From assembly GCF_056746865.1 (NCBI RefSeq), contig NZ_CM163382.1: a DNA stretch of 64,000 bases; one strand, 5' to 3'. A program made the translations under genes and the position numbers. Shown one piece after another: positions 52,135 to 64,000 of this stretch. A model generated the notes under the pieces. That model ran no database searches and was not told where the DNA came from. It worked only from the letters and a program-made list of their open reading frames with translations. Each line of letters starts with the position of its first letter. Position 1 is the first letter of the stretch.

Positions 52135-55100
52135 TCATTGCGCTTTTTCTTTACGCGGTTGGCGCAACACTTCGTTGATTTGCGGATCGTCCAGCGGACC
52201 CGAAATGTGATAGCGCAAAATGGAGACTTTGCTCCACAGCGGCCCCAGCACTTTACTGGCTGCAAACACTGCCGCGCCAACAATGGGGTTAACCGCAAAA
52301 GCCGCAGCCACGCCCACCGTCGCAGAAATCTCTGGTGCGACAACCGCTTCCATATTCAGGTCGCGACGCACCAGATTTACCGACCCTTTCATGGCAATGT
52401 CCGCTTCCAGGCCATCCACCAGCGTGTCGTCGGTGTGCATAACGCCGTCTTTAATCCACGCGGTGCTGCGAATGGAGTCAAAATAGAACCCTTCACCAAA
52501 GGTGTCTCTGAAATCAAAACGCAGCTTACGCATCAGGGCATCAACGCTCAATAAGCGCAGCAATTGCCCGGCATGTCCGGTATTGATTTCGGTAATTTCG
52601 CCTTTGCCCAGTTGAGTATGAATGATGCCATTCAACGTCGCCTCATCTGGTTGCCAGGGTGCTTTGCGCCAGTGTAAATCGTAATCCACATTAAATGACG
52701 ACTGGCGTATGGGCGTCGTGACACCAAAAAATTCTGCGGCGGCATCAATTTTCTGCCCACGCAGTTTTCCTTTCAGCGAGGTGCGTTCATTTCCCGGATT
52801 GTTAACCCATTCACCATCGGCAGTAAGCCGCGAGAAACCAGTATCAATCAGTCCATTGGTCAGCGTTAATGTATTGCCAGAAATGGTGATATCACTGTCA
52901 ATGCGCCCGAATTTTTGCCCCCAGAACCAGCACTCTGCGCATCGTATTTGGGCGTCCGGCCAGCCACGGAAGTTAATGCGCTCCGTTGTCGGGAAAGGTG
53001 ATGACTGTGTTGAATCACCACGAGTTTTCGCCACGCTCGGGTTGTAATAAAGATATTTGATATTCGCCAGCCACGGCGCGTTATTACGCATCGCCAGCGT
53101 GGCGTTGATTTCACGCCCTTGCGCCTCAACCAGGGTGCCATTTGCCGTCGGTTGCGAAACAATACTCAGGTTATTCCATTGCTGATTTCCCAGCGACAAC
53201 ATAGGCGTACGTAACGTTATGTGTTGTGGGAAACTCGCTGCACCACCGACACTCTCCGCCGCGCCTTTCTGGAACAGGGCCAGCCACTCGGCACCATTCA
53301 TCGGCGGCATATTGAGTTCAACGCCACTTTGTTCCGGCAACGGCGGGAGCGTTTTACTGTCTGCCGCCCAAATAGCACGGTCGAGCGTCAGCTTTTGACC
53401 AAGCAACCAGCGGCTATTGAAATGGTTATCTGCACCAGCCTGTCCGGTTAACTCAAAGCTGTTGAGATTGCCATCAACCTTAACGTTTACCGGTAGTGGT
53501 TCACCCGCAGGTTTGGCTAACGGTGAAGGTAAGTGACTGCTCACATTCTTCAGATCGCCGTTCAGCTCTACGTTATAGGTCGCGCCAGCATGATAAGGCA
53601 ACTCAATGCCCACTTTACCATCCCACGCCACGCTGCCATTTAATGCTTCGTTCACCGCTTCAGGCAGAACGCCGGTTTTCGCTGGTTGCCAGTTACCGTT
53701 GAGATTCACCGCGACCTGGTAGGCTTTTGCCCCTTCTTTGGTGGAAAAATCCACGTTCAACGGCTGATTAAACCAGCTTGCTGTCAGTGGTTCACTTTGC
53801 AGATCGCCATTAATAAAGCTGAATTTCCCGCTCAAATTTTTCAGGGTGCTGTCGAGTGGTTTGATAAACAGACTGTTATTACGCAGCGTCACTTCACCTT
53901 TCGCGGTTACCAGTTCGCCGTTCAGCGGGATATCAAGATGTAAGCGAGCATTCACATCGCCGTCGAGCTGGAGTTCTTGCAGGGTCGCACCCAGAGAATC
54001 TTTCAGCGGTGTCTCATCAAAGTAAGGGCCAACGGCTTTACCCGGGCCTTTAATGTCAGTGTCAATCAGCAGTTTTTCTTTTGAGTAGTCAGGGATCACT
54101 GCGGTGAGATTACTCGCGCGCACGCCGCCCAGATTAACGCCATCGGTTTTCATCCATAAACCGTCGTTGATAAAGTCCAGTTCAATATCAAGGTTAGTTA
54201 ATGCAGGCCAGTCCGGCTGGAAGGCAAACTTCGCGTTGCGCAGCGGCACCAGCACTTCAAACTGACCTTCGTTGTGTTTATAGGGGAAGAGTTGCGGATT
54301 GCCACCATAAACCAGCGTCGCGTTATCCGCTTCTCCGCCCTGAATCGCGCCACTTAAGTAATCAACCAGGTCTTTACCCATCAAGTTTTCCGGGAAATAG
54401 CGCCAGGCTTGTGAACCATCATCGGTACTGATGCCAGCCAGAATACCCAGCCAGGGTTCATCGTTAGCTGGTTGCAGGTAACGAAAACCGCCGCGCGCAT
54501 GGACGGCTTTGGCTTTAACGTCAATATTACGCCCATCCAGCTGGAAACCTTTGTCATTGTTCAGCCAGCTTATCGTTGCCTGGCCGTCGGCGATTTCCAG
54601 TGGCGCACGGAATACCGTTTCGTAAGGCATCTTTGCCTGTTTCATCGACGCGGTAAGCAAACCATTTTCTACGCTGCCGGAAAGCGTCCCGGAGAAGTGT
54701 TCCGCACCCGGTAATAATTTCCATTGATTCCAGGCCAGATCGCTCCACGATGCCTGAAAACGGGTCTTGTCTGCCGCCTGAAGCGGGATATCCAGCGCCA
54801 GAGTGTTAATCTTGCCGCTCGGTTGTGTGGAGCGCCAAACATCACCCAGTGCAGGTGAAAGTTTCGCGGCCAGCGGGCGTATGCCCTCCAGGCCTGCCAG
54901 CTCCAGATTACTGGCGCGAATCCGGAGTTCGTCACTGCGTTTATTGTCTTTGCCGCCAACGTCCTGTTCCGGTATCCAGGCCAGCGTCAATGCTCCGCTC
55001 GGCCAGGGTTTGCCGTCCATCGTGATCCGTGTGTCGGGAATAGAGAACTGCCAGCCCGGATTTTCACGCGTAATATGCGCGGTCAGATTATCCACCGACA

Positions 55101-55935
55101 GCGTATGCGTTTGCTTCTCGCCCAACCAGCTGGCACCGCCCTGTTTCAGCCAGACGTCACCGCCGGTTACATCGCCTTTGTCGATCGTCATCCAGCCTTC
55201 AAGGGAGAACTGTGCCGTTTCCAGCGCAATATTGTCCTGCATCCATTTACCGAGCCACGGCTTCAGGTCGATGTCATCCGCCTGGAGCCAGACGCGACCA
55301 TTGCTTAACAACCCCTCATCATCGCGCAAATCCATGCGCACCTGCATCACGCCGTGCTGTCCGGTAAGGCTGGAGAGGCTTACCAGGCCTTCTGCACGGT
55401 GTCGACGTGGATCGTTCAGCCAGGTGAGTTGTGGGATCGCCAGCTCGGCGCGCTGACCGGATGGCGTCAGGAAACTGACTTCACTGTCGCGGAGATCAAA
55501 ATGGTCGAACTGACGAAGAAACAGATCGCTGATGTGACTGGCTTCCAGGCTATCATTACCACCGCCGCTGGTGATAGGAGTGTTGGTGCGAAAGCGCAGC
55601 TGCCAGAAAGTGAGGTCGCGAAACTGCCAGCGCATATGTAACAGGCTCTGCCAGACATCTAGCGCAAGAGTAACGCGTTTAACCGAAAATTCGCCGCCAT
55701 CCTTTAGTTCTGCACGGATGTCGTGTGCTTCAAGCGTCGGGCCAAAATTCTGCCAGCTGGCTGAGAGCTGACTGGCTTCTACCGGCATGCCAGTCGCGGA
55801 TTCTATTTTGTTGAGGATTTCCGGACGCCAGGCATCAAGATGCGGTAAAGCAATACGCAGGCCGCTAACCAGCAGGGCAGCGATCACAACGAGCGCGGCT
55901 CCAGTAAGCAGTAATATCCCCGGCAATCGCCTCAC
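52135..55935 (-). CDS. yhdP: AsmA-like envelope protein YhdP (putative phospholipid transport)
   Basis: 1266-aa ORF with N-terminal TM anchor MRRLPGILLLTGAALVVIAALL…. Confidence 0.9.
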   Translation of the reverse strand: MRRLPGILLLTGAALVVIAALLVSGLRIALPHLDAWRPEILNKIESATGMPVEASQLSASWQNFGPTLEAHDIRAELKDGGEFSVKRVTLALDVWQSLLHMRWQFRDLTFWQLRFRTNTPITSGGGNDSLEASHISDLFLRQFDHFDLRDSEVSFLTPSGQRAELAIPQLTWLNDPRRHRAEGLVSLSSLTGQHGVMQVRMDLRDDEGLLSNGRVWLQADDIDLKPWLGKWMQDNIALETAQFSLEGWMTIDKGDVTGGDVWLKQGGASWLGEKQTHTLSVDNLTAHITRENPGWQFSIPDTRITMDGKPWPSGALTLAWIPEQDVGGKDNKRSDELRIRASNLELAGLEGIRPLAAKLSPALGDVWRSTQPSGKINTLALDIPLQAADKTRFQASWSDLAWNQWKLLPGAEHFSGTLSGSVENGLLTASMKQAKMPYETVFRAPLEIADGQATISWLNNDKGFQLDGRNIDVKAKAVHARGGFRYLQPANDEPWLGILAGISTDDGSQAWRYFPENLMGKDLVDYLSGAIQGGEADNATLVYGGNPQLFPYKHNEGQFEVLVPLRNAKFAFQPDWPALTNLDIELDFINDGLWMKTDGVNLGGVRASNLTAVIPDYSKEKLLIDTDIKGPGKAVGPYFDETPLKDSLGATLQELQLDGDVNARLHLDIPLNGELVTAKGEVTLRNNSLFIKPLDSTLKNLSGKFSFINGDLQSEPLTASWFNQPLNVDFSTKEGAKAYQVAVNLNGNWQPAKTGVLPEAVNEALNGSVAWDGKVGIELPYHAGATYNVELNGDLKNVSSHLPSPLAKPAGEPLPVNVKVDGNLNSFELTGQAGADNHFNSRWLLGQKLTLDRAIWAADSKTLPPLPEQSGVELNMPPMNGAEWLALFQKGAAESVGGAASFPQHITLRTPMLSLGNQQWNNLSIVSQPTANGTLVEAQGREINATLAMRNNAPWLANIKYLYYNPSVAKTRGDSTQSSPFPTTERINFRGWPDAQIRCAECWFWGQKFGRIDSDITISGNTLTLTNGLIDTGFSRLTADGEWVNNPGNERTSLKGKLRGQKIDAAAEFFGVTTPIRQSSFNVDYDLHWRKAPWQPDEATLNGIIHTQLGKGEITEINTGHAGQLLRLLSVDALMRKLRFDFRDTFGEGFYFDSIRSTAWIKDGVMHTDDTLVDGLEADIAMKGSVNLVRRDLNMEAVVAPEISATVGVAAAFAVNPIVGAAVFAASKVLGPLWSKVSILRYHISGPLDDPQINEVLRQPRKEKAQ

Positions 55936-56002
55936 CCGTCACTCCTTGTCTGCTAAAAATGTGACTCAAAAACCCTTTGCCGGATGGCGGCCCAGCATCT
56001 GT

Positions 56003-57472
56003 TTACATCATTACGACGTCAAACTGCTCCTGGTTATAGAGCGGTTCAATTTGTACTTTAACCTGTTTACCAACGAAAATTTCCACTTCCGCCAGCGAGT
56101 GTGACTCTTCGCCTTTCAAGGCTTCAGCTACTGCCGGGGAAGCATAGACCAGGAAACGGTCGGAATCGTAAGCATGGTGTACACGAACAATCTCGCGCAT
56201 GATTTCATAGCATACCGTTTCCACGGTTTTCACCGTTCCGCGACCGTGGCAGGTTGGGCATTCGTTACATAGTACGTGCTCAATGCTTTCGCGGGTGCGT
56301 TTACGCGTCATCTCCACCAGCCCCAGCGCCGAAAAACCATTAACGCTGGTTTTCACCCGGTCTTTGCTCAACGCCTGCTCCAGCGAATGCAACACGCGGC
56401 GACGGTGATCTTCATTATTCATGTCGATGAAATCAATAATGATAATCCCGCCCAGATTGCGCAACCGTAACTGGCGAGCGATAGCCTGCGTCGCTTCAAT
56501 ATTGGTATTGAAAATGGTGTCGTCCAGATTGCGATGACCGACAAACGCTCCGGTATTGATGTCCACGGTGGTCATCGCTTCGGTCTGGTCGATAATCAGA
56601 TAACCACCGGATTTCAGTTCTACTTTGCGTTCCAGCGCTCGCTGGATTTCGTTTTCGACATCAAAGAGATCGAAAATCGGCTGGCGTCCGGTGTAATGCT
56701 CCAGCTTGCTGGTCATCTCGGGAATGTACTCCGAGGTGAACTCAAGTAATGCTTCGTAAGTCAGGCGTGAGTCAACGCGAATGCGATCCAGTTCGGCGTC
56801 GGCGAAATCACGCAGAACACGCTGCGCCAGCGCCAGTTCGCCGTACAGCTGATAACGAGTCTGCGGGCGCTTTTTACGCTCCATCACTTTGGTCCAGACG
56901 CGTTTCAGATAAGCGGCATCGGAGGCCAGTTCAGCCTCGCCAACCCCTTCAGCTGCGGTACGGATGATAAACCCGCCCTGCTCGTCGCAATACTCTGCGA
57001 CCACTTTTTTCAGGCGTTCACGTTCTGATTCGCTTTCAATTCGTTGGGAAACCCCAACGTGAGAAGCCCCTGGCATAAATACCAGATAGCGAGAAGGCAG
57101 CGTGATATCCGTGGTCAGGCGCGCCCCCTTAGTGCCAAGCGGATCTTTCACCACCTGCACCATCAGATCTTGCCCCTGACGAACCAGTTCCGAGATGTCG
57201 CGCACCGTGAATTGCTTTTGTTCTTCACCCGCCACACATTCGGTGTGCGGCATGATGTCAGATGCATGAAGAAACGCGGCTTTATCCAGCCCAATATCTA
57301 CAAAAGCCGCCTGCATACCCGGAAGTACACGACTTACACGACCCTTGTAGATATTGCCTACTATTCCGCGTCGCGCCTCACGTTCAATATGAATTTCCTG
57401 CAGAATACCGCCATCAATATACGCCACTCGCGTTTCCGAAGGCGTTACGTTTACTAACAATTCAGCCGTCAT
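56003..57472 (-). CDS. rng: ribonuclease G
   Basis: Start at internal Met [17 protein letters not shown] (489 aa); S1 and RNase E/G catalytic domains. Confidence 0.9.
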
Positions 57473-58055
57473 GTTTATCCCTTTTCTCACGCAGTGCGTT
57501 AAAATTACTTAATAATTCATACGTTTCAACCAGCGGTAAGCCGACTACGGCGTGATAGCTGCCATTTATCTTCCTGACAAAACAGCCACCCAGCCCCTGA
57601 ATACCGTATGCACCTGCTTTATCTAACGGTTCACCGCTGGCGACATAGCCCGCGATGTCTTCGTCTGTTAACGTTCTGAAAGTCACATCGGTGACCACCA
57701 GGCAATCGAGAATGTGCTGGCTGTCGGCCAACGCCACTGCCGTCATTACCTGATGGGTCTGACCCGATAATTTGCGCAACATCTGCACCGCATGCTCTGC
57801 GTCGCGCGGTTTCTCCAGCACTTCTCCGTTCAGGATAACGATAGTGTCCGCACCCAGCACCGGGAGATCCTGCGCCGTTTGCGCGACACCCGCCTGTGCT
57901 TTCTCGCGCGCCAGACGCACAACATACTGCTGCGCGCTCTCCTGCGGCTGACGCTGCTCCTCAATGCCCGTAACAATACGTTCAAAGGTCACGCCAAGTT
58001 GCGCAAGTAACTCCTGACGACGCGGAGAACCGGAAGCTAAATACAGAGAAGTCAT
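57462..58055 (-). CDS. yhdE: Maf-family nucleoside triphosphate pyrophosphatase
   Basis: 197-aa [24 protein letters not shown]…. Confidence 0.85.
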   Translation of the reverse strand: MTSLYLASGSPRRQELLAQLGVTFERIVTGIEEQRQPQESAQQYVVRLAREKAQAGVAQTAQDLPVLGADTIVILNGEVLEKPRDAEHAVQMLRKLSGQTHQVMTAVALADSQHILDCLVVTDVTFRTLTDEDIAGYVASGEPLDKAGAYGIQGLGGCFVRKINGSYHAVVGLPLVETYELLSNFNALREKRDKHDG

Positions 58056-58063
58056 AGAAACCT

Positions 58064-59568
<1,505 letters not shown>

Positions 59569-59594
59569 AAGTTATGCGTATTCTCGTATCAGAC

Positions 59595-59626
59595 CAGGCA
59601 GGGTAAACAGACATTTCCCCTGCCTG
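59595..59626 (-). other. intercistronic stem-loop between mreB and mreC
   Basis: CAGGCAGGG…CCCTGCCTG 9-bp stem; no U-tract, so likely attenuator or processing structure. Confidence 0.4.
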
Positions 59627-59633
59627 CATCCGA

Positions 59634-60803
<1,170 letters not shown>

Positions 60804-60981
60804 TTACAAATCTCTGCCTGAGTCCAGAAAGGCTTAATGCATCAGCAGCATTCCTCGCCTGTTTGCAACCGCGTAAGGTCATTCATCTGCATATGTGCTG
60901 CAACAATCTGGCGAGCAGACAAGCACACTCCCATGAGACGCAGCGCGCGTTATTCTACGTGAAAACGGATTAAACGGCAGG

Positions 60982-62922
60982 TTAAACCGAGTATCTTTGT
61001 GAATATTTTTTCACGTTAGTATCAAGTGGCTGTGAGGACGCGAAAAAATCCCCTTGCCCACCTGTAACACCGCGCTGAATCAGGGTCTGCCACTCGCTTC
61101 GCGAACGCACGCCGGTGGCGTAAACCTGGGTGCTGGTCCCGGAGCAGGCTTCCACCAGGCTTTGAACCAGCAGCTGGTTCTCCGTTCGCTTCTCAATGTT
61201 TCTGACCAGCCCCGGATGGAGCTTGAGTAACTCAACATTAAGTTCTTTGATCCAACTGGTGCTTACCAGCGTCAAACCAGCCTGGTTGACGGCTACCCGT
61301 ACCCCTAAAGCATTCACTAAACGAATAACAGGTTGTAAGCGACTGATATGTTGACCTACATCGGCCTCTGCAAGTTCAATAATTATGCGTTTTCGTTGCG
61401 ATCTTTCACATTGCATTAACGTATCTCGCAGCCAACGCTGAAAACGCGGGCGAATCAGCGACTCAACAGTAACCTGAATCGCCAGATTTTCCTCAGGCCA
61501 GTAACGCAATAGTGGAATAAGACGGCTGATTTGCAGGCGGTCATACTCTTCCGATAAGCCAAACTGCAAGACCATCGGCATATACTCCGCCGAGCTAACC
61601 TCTTCATTACCATCGAAGATGCGGCACATGAGTTCGCGATGATGAACCTGACCTTCGCGAGTAACCGCCGGTTTTTGATAAAGGCGCGGGCCGCCGCGAC
61701 TCAGCATTTGCTCGATAAGCGTACGCCAGCGAACATTACCGCGTCCTTTTTCAGGCAACGAGTCATCGTAAATAGCCCAGCTATTGCCGCCCTGCAATCC
61801 CGCATTACGCGTGGCAGACTCTGCATGTTCCATTACCTGCTCGGTATCCTGACCACTACGCCAGGCGCAGATACCAATGTGGATCATATCGTCGCGATCG
61901 AGCATTTTATTGTTCGGCAAGGTATCGACGGCTTTGATTAACTGACCGGCGATGCTCTCTGCCTCTTTTAACGTCCGGTGCGGTAACAGCGCAGCAAAAT
62001 CACTGCGGTGGTAACGCGCCAGCAGTGCGCCAGGGTAGCGCATCATAAATGTCGATAGCAGATTCGTCAGAGAGAAGAACTGTTCTTCAACCTGGCTGTG
62101 CCCCCAGGTATCACTCAACATATTGAAATCCGGCAGACGAATCATCATCACGATCCCGTGGGTACCTACTTTCTCCTGATCTTCCAGTAACGTTGCTAAC
62201 TGATTATCGAAGAAGAGTCGGTTATTGAGGCCGGTTTTCATGTCCTGGGCGGCATAAGAGCGGATCAGCGTATCAAGACGGCTGTGTTGTTCGCGTGCGT
62301 TCTGAATTTCACGAAGCAGCGTATCCAGCGCACTGCTGGTTCTGGGCGGCCATTCATAGATGGTTCCCAAAACATTAGAGCCACGCTCACCGTTTAAGAT
62401 ACGAGTAGCCCGGGTTTCCAGCAATTCTTGCCCGGCAAGTTGCCGTTGTAACCAGCGTACCGCCAGAAAGAGCATAAGAATGATAAAGCCAATCGCCCCC
62501 GTGAGCGGCGCGGTGGTCATCAACGAATGGAAATAGTTGCCCATCGGATCCTGATAAACCAGACGCAGCGACATCCCCGGATGCTTTATCAACGGAACGC
62601 TCAGTTCGCGAAACAGATCGCTGGTGCCAACCGGACGATAACTTCCATTTCTGGCCAGGGTATATACCTGTTTATCACCATGCAGCAGGTCTACACGAAC
62701 GATATCTGCCGACATCATTAATTCGGTAATTTGTGGCCTTAATGCGCTGAAGTCATTCGACACAAGGTGGGTATCAATTGCCGTCGCCACCGCCTGAACG
62801 CGATGACTAAACTTATACTGAATGGCATTGTAGAAACTTAGCGAACAGCCCAGCAAAGTCACAAAAATTGTTAACCCGGTGAGCAGCGTAACAAAGGCCG
62901 AAAATTTCGTCGTTAATCTCAT
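60982..62922 (-). CDS. csrD: CsrB/CsrC decay regulator with degenerate GGDEF-EAL domains
   Basis: 646-aa ORF with N-terminal TM segments. Confidence 0.9.
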   Translation of the reverse strand: MRLTTKFSAFVTLLTGLTIFVTLLGCSLSFYNAIQYKFSHRVQAVATAIDTHLVSNDFSALRPQITELMMSADIVRVDLLHGDKQVYTLARNGSYRPVGTSDLFRELSVPLIKHPGMSLRLVYQDPMGNYFHSLMTTAPLTGAIGFIILMLFLAVRWLQRQLAGQELLETRATRILNGERGSNVLGTIYEWPPRTSSALDTLLREIQNAREQHSRLDTLIRSYAAQDMKTGLNNRLFFDNQLATLLEDQEKVGTHGIVMMIRLPDFNMLSDTWGHSQVEEQFFSLTNLLSTFMMRYPGALLARYHRSDFAALLPHRTLKEAESIAGQLIKAVDTLPNNKMLDRDDMIHIGICAWRSGQDTEQVMEHAESATRNAGLQGGNSWAIYDDSLPEKGRGNVRWRTLIEQMLSRGGPRLYQKPAVTREGQVHHRELMCRIFDGNEEVSSAEYMPMVLQFGLSEEYDRLQISRLIPLLRYWPEENLAIQVTVESLIRPRFQRWLRDTLMQCERSQRKRIIIELAEADVGQHISRLQPVIRLVNALGVRVAVNQAGLTLVSTSWIKELNVELLKLHPGLVRNIEKRTENQLLVQSLVEACSGTSTQVYATGVRSRSEWQTLIQRGVTGGQGDFFASSQPLDTNVKKYSQRYSV

Positions 62923-63073
62923 CCTTGTGTTAACTCCGATAGTGAGGAAGCGGGCATACTAGCAAATCAGATTTATCTCGCAATTTATTGCGCTTCATCG
63001 GCTTTGCTTTTCCATTAGCGAGTATAGTCTTCAGAAATTATTTTCCAATCCATCATGCACATGAGGACCACTT

Positions 63074-64000
63074 ATGCAGGCGTTACTTTTAGAACAGCAG
63101 GACGGCAAAACTCTCGCATCGGTACAGACTCTGGACGAAAGTCGCCTGCCGGAGGGCGATGTCACGGTTGATGTTCACTGGTCGAGCCTGAACTACAAAG
63201 ATGCGCTGGCAATTACCGGTAAGGGAAAAATCATCCGTAATTTTCCGATGATTCCTGGGATCGATTTTGCCGGAACTGTACGCACCAGCGAAGATCCGCG
63301 TTTTCATGCCGGTCAGGAGGTATTACTCACTGGCTGGGGCGTTGGTGAAAACCACTGGGGTGGGCTGGCGGAGCAGGCGCGAGTGAAAGGTGACTGGCTG
63401 GTTGCCATGCCGCAAGGGCTGGACGCGCGTAAAGCAATGATTATCGGTACTGCCGGTTTTACCGCCATGCTGTGTGTGATGGCGCTGGAAGATGCCGGTG
63501 TTCGCCCGCAGGACGGCGAGATTGTCGTAACGGGTGCCAGTGGTGGCGTCGGCAGTACCGCCGTGGCGCTGCTGCATAAGTTGGGTTATCAGGTCGTTGC
63601 CGTTTCTGGTCGCGAAAGTACCCATGAATATCTGAAAAGTTTAGGAGCCAGCCGTATTCTCTCTCGCGATGAGTTTGCCGAATCCCGTCCTCTGGAAAAA
63701 CAACTCTGGGCTGGGGCAATTGACACCGTTGGCGACAAAGTGCTGGCGAAAGTGCTAGCGCAAATGAATTACGGCGGCTGCGTGGCGGCCTGTGGTCTGG
63801 CGGGTGGTTTTACTCTGCCAACCACGGTCATGCCATTTATTCTGCGTAATGTCCGTTTACAGGGGGTGGATTCAGTGATGACGCCACCAGCACGCCGCGC
63901 ACAAGCCTGGCAGCGACTGGTCGCCGATTTACCGGAATCATTCTATACCCAGGCGGCAAAAGAGATATCTCTGGCAGAGGCACCGAAGTTTGCCGAGGCC
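63074..64000 (+). CDS. acuI: acrylyl-CoA reductase / quinone oxidoreductase family, 3'-truncated by window edge
   Basis: ATG at 63074 (MQALLLEQQDGKTLASVQTLDESRLPEGDVTVDVHWSSLNYKDALAITGKG…), open to the end of the window; absent from the ORF track because there is no stop. Confidence 0.85.
   Translation, partial: MQALLLEQQDGKTLASVQTLDESRLPEGDVTVDVHWSSLNYKDALAITGKGKIIRNFPMIPGIDFAGTVRTSEDPRFHAGQEVLLTGWGVGENHWGGLAEQARVKGDWLVAMPQGLDARKAMIIGTAGFTAMLCVMALEDAGVRPQDGEIVVTGASGGVGSTAVALLHKLGYQVVAVSGRESTHEYLKSLGASRILSRDEFAESRPLEKQLWAGAIDTVGDKVLAKVLAQMNYGGCVAACGLAGGFTLPTTVMPFILRNVRLQGVDSVMTPPARRAQAWQRLVADLPESFYTQAAKEISLAEAPKFAEA

Noticed and set aside
54803-55456. 217-aa plus-strand ORF inside yhdP
   Set aside because: Antisense overlap with yhdP; Ser/Pro/Arg-rich low-complexity translation typical of spurious reverse-frame ORFs.

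Overview
This window reads as an enterobacterial (E. coli/Shigella-type) chromosomal segment, collinear with the K-12 ispB→acuI region as I recall it; all identifications are from reading the six-frame translations and sequence, with no searches run. Gene order: ispB (5' partial), sfsB, murA, ibaG, mlaFEDCB, yrbG, kdsD, kdsC, lptC, lptA, lptB, rpoN, hpf, ptsN, rapZ, npr, yrbL, mtgA, elbB, arcZ sRNA, arcB, yhcC, gltB, gltD, yhcG, yhcH, nanK, nanE, nanT, nanA, nanR, IS1, dcuD, sspB, sspA, rpsI, rplM, zapE, zapG, degQ, degS, mdh, argR, yhcN, yhcO, aaeB, aaeA, aaeX, aaeR, tldD, yhdP, rng, yhdE, mreD, mreC, mreB, csrD, acuI (3' partial). Where the ORF track gives a longer N-terminus (often from TTG/GTG or an upstream ATG), I trimmed starts to the internal Met that matches the protein I recognise. 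No rRNA, tRNA or CRISPR array was seen. Three departures from the K-12 layout stand out: (1) gltD is followed after 183 bp by yhcG, so the gltF–yhcA–yhcD–yhcE–yhcF block is absent; (2) a complete 768-bp IS1 with a perfect 9-bp target-site duplication sits between nanR and dcuD; (3) MreC is 338 aa, shorter than the 367 aa I recall. The most unusual sequence-level signal is a diverged three-unit 39-bp tandem repeat inside yhcG, each unit carrying a ~25–27-bp palindrome, with a fourth palindrome just past the stop codon. I found no evidence of a wholly novel multi-gene system; the window is mostly conserved housekeeping and envelope genes.
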